From contig NW_021827384.1 of the NCBI RefSeq assembly GCF_006345805.1, forward strand, positions 1 through 10,491: a stretch of 10,491 bases of DNA, written 5' to 3'. The stretch comes from Octopus sinensis (lineage: Eukaryota). A program made the translations under genes and the position numbers. Below the pieces are notes generated by a model. The model searched no databases. It worked only from the letters and a program-made list of their open reading frames with translations, and had not been told where the DNA came from. Positions 1-7,364 of this stretch are shown here, in pieces. How positions within the stretch are numbered: the stretch's first letter is position 1; each line of letters begins with the position of its first letter.

Positions 1-120
1 AGAAACAAACAAAGAAAGAGAGGAGGTGCAAGAAGATGATGAAGAAGGTAAAGAAAGTAAAAACAAAAGAGAGAATAAAGTTCCGAAGAAAACTAATATG
101 AAGATTTTTCTTTTGATTAG

Positions 121-252
121 AAGGATGATGACGACAAACACGATGACGACGACGACGACCACGGCGACAGGACCACGATCACGACGATGACGACGATAAT
201 AATGAAGAAGAGGACGACGTCGATGATGAGGAGGGGAGGAGGAGGAGAACTG
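121..252. repeat. Degenerate purine-rich trinucleotide tract (GAT/GAC/GAG/GGA)
   Basis: Visible run gatgatgacgac...gacgacgacgac...gaggaggggaggaggagg; the triplet phase slips once, so there is no consistent D/E-rich frame. Confidence 0.75.
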
Positions 253-387
253 ATAAAGATAAAAGTGAAATAATCTTCTCAGTACAGCACACCAACACGT
301 TGATTGAAAACATGCAATATATATGTGTGTTTGTGTATATGTGTATGTGTGTGTGTGTCGGAGGTATATATATATATATTATATAAT

Positions 388-505
388 TATAAAATATTAG
401 GGAATAAATCCAAACTTACAGGGAAAAATCAGTTTAGGATTAAATCCAATTTTATAGTAAAATATATTACATGATATTATATTAAATTAGAGATAAAACC
501 ACTAT
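388..505. repeat. AT-rich fragment of a probable interspersed repeat (class uncertain, possibly a Penelope-like terminus)
   Basis: Non-microsatellite island between TA tracts. It has a direct repeat taaatcc (405-411, 441-447) and an imperfect hairpin aatcc-aaact/agttt-a-ggatt (407-441). The family call is recall only. Confidence 0.3.
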
Positions 506-523
506 TATATATATATGTATATA

Positions 524-899
524 TACTCTTTTACTTGTTTCAGTCTTTTGAGTGTGGCCATGCTAGAGCAGCTCCTTTAGTCGAACAAATCGACCCCGGG
601 ACTTATTCTTTGTAAGCCTAGTACTTATTTTATTGGTGTCTTTCGCCGAACCGCTAGCTTACGGTGACGTAAACACACCAGCATCGGTTGTCAAGCGATG
701 TTGGGGGAGGCAAACACAGAAACACAAACGTACACACACACACACACACACACACTCATATATATATATATATATACATATATACGACGGGTTTCTTTCA
801 GTTTCCGTCTACCAAATCCACTCACAAGGTGCCATGCAGAGGACTGAACCCGGAACCGTGTGGTTCGTAAGCAAGCTACTTACCGCCGCTCCTACGCCT
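524..899 (-). mobile_element. tRNA-derived SINE, copy 1 (octopus-type), with internal (CA)n(TA)n tract
   Basis: Aligns by eye with 6970-7364 over the 3' body. The minus-strand head has B box GGTTCAGTCC (841-850) and a damaged A-box region, and the 3' end reads CTGAAACAAGTAAAAGAGTA. Internal microsatellite at about 728-783. Confidence 0.85.
841..850 (-). promoter_or_regulatory. Pol III B-box-like motif of SINE copy 1
   Basis: ggactgaacc reverse-complements to GGTTCAGTCC, at the expected distance from the element 5' end. Confidence 0.65.
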
Positions 900-1065
900 A
901 TATAAATAAATTATATATATATATATATAATATATATATATATATAATTGCATGTGTATATATACATGTACATATACATCGCACACACATATATACATAT
1001 ATATATTACATATATACACCATATATATATATATATATAAATATATTATATATAATATACAATAT

Positions 1066-1121
<56 letters not shown>

Positions 1122-1130
1122 TATATATGT
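900..1130. repeat. Long interrupted (TA)n/(CATA)n microsatellite
   Basis: Directly visible; accounts for the YIYI ORFs. Confidence 0.95.
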
Positions 1131-1223
1131 ATGCCTACTTTTATGCGTGCATCTACACACGAGCCTATTTACCGATGCTGTCAATGACTGTTGGTGTGTA
1201 CCTCAGCATATTAATACCTGGAA

Positions 1224-1254
<31 letters not shown>

Positions 1255-1642
1255 TGTATATATTTTCCTACCGTCTCAATCTAAATCAGGCGTTTCTATT
1301 TATTTTGAAGGCGTGGTAGCTGTGCTTTCTTGATGGTAACTTCTGATAACTAATGCTTTCGTCCATGCAGATATCTTTCTTCGTTTTTTTCTTTTCTGTT
1401 TTGTTTGTTTTTCTTTCTTTCTGAACATATATACACCTATAGTCATATACTTCTCCCAATCACGTACACAGACAAACAAGTACGCGTACGCACACACACG
1501 CACACACACATGCAAATATGTATCTTCATGTCCGCAAACCACGCGCACCTCCACACAAATAAACACACAGAATCAGTCACGTATAGACACACATCCCTAC
1601 AAACGCAACCACTGAAGAACAGATAGAGATGGTGATCTCAAG

Positions 1643-1681
1643 TATTATTATTATAATTATTATTATTATTATTATTATTAT

Positions 1682-1735
<54 letters not shown>

Positions 1736-1889
1736 AGTAGAAGCAGTAGTAGTAGTAGACGTAGTAGTAGTAGTAGTAGTAGTAGTAGCACCAGCAGTGG
1801 TAGTACTAGTAGCAGCAGCAGTAGTAGTAGTGGTATTAGTAGTAGTAATCGTAGTAGTAGTAGTAGTAGTAGTAGTAAGTAGTAGTAGT
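1643..1889. repeat. Compound trinucleotide microsatellite (ATT)n-(AGT)n with AGC variants
   Basis: Directly visible; source of the poly-I/S/V ORF 1629-1958. Confidence 0.95.
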
Positions 1890-1963
1890 GTTACTCAACT
1901 GAACAAACTGAGAGGACCAAAGACAAAATGTTGGAGAAGAATAAGAAAAGCAAGGTGAATCGC

Positions 1964-1990
1964 AATAATAATAATAATAATAATAATAAT
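1964..1990 (+). repeat. (AAT)9 tract immediately 5' of element A (putative target site)
   Basis: Perfect aat repeat abutting the first retrotransposon base. Confidence 0.9.
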
Positions 1991-2000
1991 ATAAATCATC

Positions 2001-2787
2001 AATATAAATCATCTCATTTACATGGATGATTTAAAGCCCTTTGCAAAAAATGACGAACAACTCAAGGGCTTGCTAGCGATTGTCAAACAATTCAGTGACG
2101 ACATCAGAATGCAATTTGGCCTCGATAAATGTGCAAAAGCTACCTTTATCAAAGGAAAAATGACAGAAACATCTAACGTTAACTTTGACCAGCAGAATAT
2201 CATAAAAGAATTAGACCCAGCGGAGAGCTACAAGTACCTAGGGGCAATTGAAGGGGACGGAATAAGGCATTCAGAGATGAAGGAAAGGATCAGGAGAGAA
2301 TGTTATCGAAGTGTGAGAGCAATACTCAAGACAGAGCTGAATGCAAGAAAGAGGATCGAAGCGATCAATGCATTAGCTATACCAGTCGTGACTTACAGTT
2401 TCAATATCGTTAACTGGCCAATTACTGAAATATATCAGTTTGACAGAAAAATACGAAAACTGTTGACAATGCATAGAATGTACCACCCTAAGGCAGATAC
2501 AGAACGACTTTATCTACCGAGAAAAGAGGGAGGCCGTGGTCTTTTACAACTGGCAATAACAATGAAGATTACTACAATTGGCCTAGACACCTACCTGAAA
2601 AAGTCTGAGGACTGGATGTTAAAACTTGTCTCAAAACATGAAAACAACAAAGCATCATACTCAGTAACAAAACAAGCAAAGGAATATCTAAGTGAATTCC
2701 GAATACAACAAATTTCGGAATTAGAGATAGACATACAAGAAACAAGCGCAGAAAAAGCTAAGCGCATGAACACCCGCATGAAAAAAA
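2001..2787 (+). pseudogene. Reverse transcriptase C-terminal half and thumb (uninterrupted frame; ORF 2022-2876 runs off-frame after 2787)
   Basis: NHLIYMDDLK (YxDD catalytic motif), MQFGLDKCAK, YKYLG, INALAIPVVTYS, DRKIRKLLT, HPKAD.ERLYLPRKEGGRGL, typical of R4/Dong RT. It starts mid-domain, so it is not a functional gene. Confidence 0.9.
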
Positions 2788-3196
2788 CTGGTGGGAACAC
2801 AATCCACCTCCTGTGCTTGAAAATGACCACATCTCACTCCTCTGGAACTTCACCATTCAAACTGACAGGAAGATAGATGCCAAATAGGCCAGACATCATA
2901 TTGAAAGACTTCAACAAAGAACAATGCCTCCTCACTGATATGACTGTCCCAATCGATATACGTATCTGTCAAGTCCTACCAAAAACTGAGCAATATAAAG
3001 ATCTTGAAATGGAATCAGCAAAATGTGGAACCTGAAGACTAAAATAAAACCTGTTGTCATAGGTTCCCTGGGAATGATAGCGAAAGGAGCTGATTGCTAC
3101 CTAACTCAGATACCAGGAAACCCCAAAATGGCAAAAATTCAAAAGATAGTGCTCATGGGAACTGCTCATATCCTACGCAAAATACTTTCTATGTAA
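2785..3196 (+). pseudogene. Restriction-like endonuclease (PD-(D/E)xK) remnant of element A
   Basis: NWWEHNPPPVLEND..LLWNFTIQTDRKID-A-NRPDII (PD at 2889-2894)..TDMTVP..YKDLE..MWNLKT..PVVIGSLG..IQKIVLMGTAHILRK*; about four frameshifts needed. Confidence 0.88.
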
Positions 3197-3218
3197 TCTC
3201 AAGGTTTAAAACAAACAA

Positions 3219-3293
3219 TTTTATTTATTTATTTATTTATTTTTATTTTTATTTATTTATTTATTTATTTGTTTATTTTTTATTTTATTTATT
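3219..3293. repeat. (TTTA)n microsatellite inside the 3' UTR of element A
   Basis: Visible; both flanks align to the uninterrupted 3' UTR of element C. Confidence 0.9.
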
Positions 3294-3401
3294 AGACATT
3301 CACTAGTACAACACCAAAAAACCCCCCAAACATATGGCACACTAGGCATAACAACAACGTGTACTTCCAACCTGTACAAATATAAAGCAAAAGTCAAACA
3401 A

Positions 3402-4628
3402 CTCAATGCGAAAAACAAGATAATAGGTATCAACACTCTAGCCGTCCAAGTTATAAGTAACAGCAACAATATCTTAATTAGACACTAAATGAAATAATCA
3501 AGATAGACAGGAAGACAAGAAAAATAATTACAGGATTTAGGATGCACCACCCAAAATCTGACATGGAAAGGTTATATATACAACATATAGAAGGTGGTAA
3601 AGGCCTCATAAAGCTAGAAAACTATTACAAAATTACCACCATAGGACTACAAAATATCTACTTCAGAAGCAAGGAAAGCTAATACTAATAGCCACAACAC
3701 ATGAACAAAACAAATAACTATTTACAGTCTTTAAGGAAGCTGACAAGTACAAACAAGGAGTCATACTACCTAACAACTATGAAGAAAAATAAGAAACAAC
3801 AAAAGCTGTAAAACAAATGAAATCCAAACTAAAACCGGAACAGCAACGGATCATGATAAAACGATGGGAAGAAAAGCCCCTTCATGGTAAATACTGGGTT
3901 AAACTAAACGCAAAAGAAATAGACAAACCAAAATCCCGAGGTGCTCAGGATCCATAGCAGAGACTGGAGGATTATTAATTGCAGCACAAGACCAAAGCCT
4001 CCCTACGAAATATTACCAACAAGTAACTGCAGAATATATGGAGATGAACAAGAAACAATACATCATATTGTCTCTGGATGCCCAATCTTGGCTTAGAAGG
4101 AATATATTGACAGACACCACAGAGTTGTGACCTATATACACTGGAATCTATGCGAACACTATGGAATAATCATACTATGGGATACGCCAATGCACAGAGG
4201 TAGAGATATCAAGACAATAGGCCAGATATAGCTGTCAGAGATGAAGAAAAAAATGCTTTCTAATTGAGGTATCAATACCAAAAGATTACAATGTTTCTCT
4301 AAAAGAAATGCAGAAACTATCAAAATACAAAGACCTGAAAATAGAGGTAAATTGAATGAGTCTAAAAACAGAAACGATTCCTATCATAGTGGGCGCATTA
4401 GGTACGATAAAAAAAGTATTCAGACAAATACATAACAAAAACACGAGGACTTACAAATATATATATAACATACAGAAAATAGCACTACTAGAACTGTAAA
4501 CATCCTACGTAAAACACTTACATTACAGTAAATATAGGAGCATCACAAAAGACTACAGCAGATACCCAAGGTACACAGGGCTACGCTCGGTTGTGCAGTG
4601 AAAGCACGATATAAAAATAAGACTACTG
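3402..4628 (+). mobile_element. Element B: 5'-truncated, degraded R4/Dong-clade element (distinct subfamily)
   Basis: Mixed-frame translation: LNAKNKIIGINTLAV, DRKTRKIITGFRMHHPKSDMERLY..EGGKGL, RWEEKPLHGKYW, AAQDQSLPT, CRIYGDEQETIHHIVSGC (4028-4081, second Cys mutated), ILWD, NRPDI (PD 4222-4227), KYKDL, IPIIVGALG. Stop at 4529-4531, then a unique 3' UTR. Confidence 0.87.
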
Positions 4629-4676
4629 AATAACAATAACAATAACAATAACAACAGCAACAACAACAACAACAAC

Positions 4677-4735
<59 letters not shown>

Positions 4736-4872
4736 TAATAATGATGATAATAATAATATTGATGAGGAAGATGGTGATGATGATGCTGATGATGATGATG
4801 ATGATGATGAAGATGAAGATGATGATGATGATGATGATGATGACGATGATGATGATAATGATGATGATGATA

Positions 4873-4920
<48 letters not shown>

Positions 4921-4944
4921 GGGATGATGTTGATGATAACAATA
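4629..4944. repeat. Compound tail/spacer microsatellite (AATAAC)n-(AAC)n-(AAT)n-(GAT)n
   Basis: Directly visible between the 3' end of B and the 5' end of C. Confidence 0.95.
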
Positions 4945-5387
4945 GTCCCAATCAAAATAAATGTATCTGTCAAGACCTACCAAAAACTGAATAAGTATAA
5001 AGATCTTGAAATAGAAACTGGCTAAATGTGGAACATCAATATAGTAAACAATACCTGTTATCATAGGTGCTCTGGGAATGATAGCAAAAGGGGGCTGATT
5101 TCTATCTACACTGATACAAGGAAACCCCAAAATGTCAGAAATTCAAAAGATAGCGCTCGTGGGAACTGCTCATATCCTACGTAAAATACTATGTAGCCTC
5201 AAATTTTGAAACAAACTTATAATTTTCCTATGTCTTCTTAAACATTCTCTATAACAATACTCTGTGCAAAGCCGAATATGTGATATCCTGGGCATAACGC
5301 CAATTTGAATTTCTCACTTGTTGTCTCTTGAGGTCTCTGGGTGAGACTTGCAGCCAACTTGTACAAATGCAAAGTAAAATCAAAAAT
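4945..5387 (+). mobile_element. Element C: short 3' fragment of an R4/Dong element (same subfamily as A) with complete 3' UTR
   Basis: VPIKINVSVKTYQKLNKYKDLEIE, IPVIIGALGMIAK, IQKIALVGTAHILRK. Roughly 80% identical to 2946-3215 by eye, and followed by an (AAT)n tail. Confidence 0.87.
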
Positions 5388-5522
5388 ATAATAATAATAA
5401 TAATAATAACAACAGCAACAACAACAACAACAATATTGATTAATAATAATAATGATAGTGATAATGATAATGATAATACTAATAATAATAATAATAATGA
5501 TAATAATAATAATAGTAACAAC

Positions 5523-5567
<45 letters not shown>

Positions 5568-5600
5568 TAATAATAATAATGATAATAATAATAATAATAA
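5388..5600. repeat. (AAT)n-dominated tail/spacer with AAC and GAT variants
   Basis: Directly visible between C and D. Confidence 0.95.
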
Positions 5601-6592
5601 CTATTGTTGCAAAGAAGGTGAAAATAATGGCAGCGAAAAAAGCACACGAGCAATTGGCTGATAGGTGGGAGGAGAAACCTCTGCACGACAAATATGTGGC
5701 CCGCAGCAAACAAGCTGATGTTGACCAGAAGCAAACCCATCAGTGGCTACGGAGCTCAGGGCTAAAAGCAGAGAGCGAAGGTTTCATCCTGGCTGCTCAA
5801 GATCAAAGCCTATTAAACCGGAAGTACCAGGCCAATGTGATGAAAAATGGAGCAGACCCAAAATGCCGATTCTGCAACGACATGATTGAAACAGTGCACC
5901 ACCTAATCTCTGGATGTAAAGTCTTAGCACCAGTGGAGTATAAATTAAGACATGACATAAGTTTGCCAATATCTCCACTGGCAATAAGTCGGCATTACAA
6001 TATCAAAACTGCCGACAAGGGTATAATCACCACCCTGAGGCTGTAACTGAAGGAGAAAATGTAACGATTCTGTGGGACTTTCCAGTACATACAGACCGAA
6101 CCATCAAGGCCAATAAACCAGATATTGTTGTGAAAGACCAAAACAATAAGTTTTGCTTATTGATCGACATGAGCATCCCCTGTGATCATAATACTCAGTG
6201 AAAGAGTTTGACAAGCTCAGAAAATATTAAGACCTACTCATTGAAATGAGAAAATGTGCATCTCAGGCGGTTACAATACCAGTGATCGTAGGAGCACTAG
6301 GAATGATCAAGAAGGGAACCGAAATTATATGAGAATGATCCCTGGCTTACCATCCCTGCAAGAAGTGCAAAAGATTGTCTTAACTGGTACATCACACGTA
6401 TTGAGAAGAGCATTGTCGATGTGAGAACTGTTGCTGCTCATGTATTTTAATTTAACTTTAAAAAAAAAAAATTAACGAACTATTGAGTTTGGTTTAATGG
6501 CCTACCAATGTATACTATGAGTTTCTTTGCCCTAGGAGTCGGGAAGACACTCAGCAAGAAATGGAAGCAAATTTGAAAGAAGAAAAAAAAAG
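5601..6592 (+). mobile_element. Element D: 5'-truncated R4/Dong element (subfamily D/E) with intact CCHC knuckle, REL remnant and 3' UTR
   Basis: RWEEKPLHDKY, WLRSSGLKAESEGFILAAQDQSL, C-x2-C-x8-H-x4-C at 5864-5917, EYKLRHD. After frameshifts: ILWDFPVHTDRTIKANKPDIVV (PD 6118-6123), LIDMSIP, IPVIVGALG, LQEVQKIVLTGTSHVLRRALSM* (stop 6422-6424). Confidence 0.9.
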
Positions 6593-6663
6593 TAATAATA
6601 ATATAATAATAATAATATAATATAATAATAATAATAATAATAATAAAAATAATAATAATAATA
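6593..6663 (+). repeat. (AAT)n tail of D with phase slips
   Basis: Directly visible. Confidence 0.92.
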
Positions 6664-6831
6664 GGCATCTCGAGACGTTTACAATACCAGTGATTGTAGG
6701 AGTACTTGGAATGATCAAAGAAGGAACTGAAAATTATTTAAGAATGGCCCCTGGTTTATCATCCATGCAGGAAGTGCAGAAGATTGTCTCAATTGGTTCA
6801 TCACTCGTACTGAGAAGATCATTTTCACTGA
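6664..6831 (+). mobile_element. Element E: REL C-terminal fragment of the D subfamily, lacking a 3' UTR
   Basis: HLETFTIPVIVGVLGMIKEGTENYLRMAPGLSSMQEVQKIVSIGSSLVLRRS; aligns to 6258-6424 at roughly 80% by eye. Confidence 0.82.
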
Positions 6832-6968
6832 ATTTTCCTTTCCTTCCTTCCTTCCTTCCACCTTTATTTTATTTGTTTAGTTGCTTATTTTTTCATTCTT
6901 TCATTTTTTCTCTCTGTCTTTCCCTGTTTCTATACCTTTTCACAAATTCCCTCACAACATTTATTCAC
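6832..6968. repeat. Pyrimidine-rich low-complexity tract starting with (CCTT)n
   Basis: Directly visible. Confidence 0.8.
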
Positions 6969-6969
6969 C

Positions 6970-7202
6970 TTTTACTCTTTTACTCTTTTACTCTTTTACT
7001 TGTTTCAGTCATTTGACTGCGGCCATGCTGGAGCACCGCCTTTAATCGAGCAACTCGACCCCAGGACTTATTCTTTGTAAGCTCAGTACTTATTCTATCG
7101 GTCTCTTTTGCAGAACCGCTAAGTGACGGGGACAAACACTGACACACAAACACACACACACACCCAATACACACACAACACACACACAACCACACGACAC
7201 AC

Positions 7203-7244
<42 letters not shown>

Positions 7245-7364
7245 ATATATATATATATATAATAAAATACATATATACGACAGGCTACATTCAGTTTCCC
7301 TCTACCAAATCCACTCACAAGGCATTGGTCGGCCCGGGGCTATAGCAGAAGACACTTGCCCAAG
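6970..7364 (-). mobile_element. tRNA-derived SINE, copy 2 (same family as copy 1), head-less, with (GAGTAAAA)n 3' tail
   Basis: Aligns with 524-830. The 8-bp unit ttttactc occurs three times plus a partial copy at 6970-7000; internal CA/TA tract at about 7135-7277; homology stops at cccaag (7364), before the B box. Confidence 0.85.

Larger units (their letters stand above)
1991..3400 (+). mobile_element. Element A: 5'-truncated, internally deleted R4/Dong-clade non-LTR retrotransposon (subfamily A/C)
   Basis: Shows RT C-terminal motifs, then REL endonuclease motifs, a stop at 3194-3196 and a 3' UTR homologous to element C (ccaacctgtacaaat..aaagcaaaagtcaaa versus ccaacttgtacaaat..aaagtaaaatcaaa). 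Confidence 0.88.

Noticed and set aside
100-279. Acceptor-like ttttcttttgattag followed by a D/E-rich stretch (possible exon)
   Set aside because: The triplet phase slips mid-tract, there is no convincing donor site, and it is explained by simple-repeat composition.
633-1626. ORFs 633-905, 688-870, 860-1333, 876-1184, 952-1284, 1300-1566, 1405-1626
   Set aside because: Translations of SINE and TA/CA microsatellites (YIYI, HTHT, VCVC), which lack stops by composition.
1629-1958. Poly-I/S/V ORF resembling a membrane protein
   Set aside because: Entirely (ATT)(AGT)(AGC) microsatellite.
2018-2830. Antisense ORFs 2018-2203 and 2591-2830 (also 5784-5984)
   Set aside because: Short shadows of the retrotransposon coding strand with no motifs.
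4543-5740. Poly-His/Tyr/Cys, poly-Met, poly-Asn and poly-Leu ORFs
   Set aside because: Reading frames of (GAT)n/(AAT)n spacers; the only informative parts are retrotransposon remnants.
1964-6831. CRISPR-like repeat-spacer or retron/DGR-like interpretation of the RT plus repeats
   Set aside because: Spacers are variable microsatellites, the units are decayed R4 fragments, and there are no prokaryotic signals, constant repeats or TR/VR pair.
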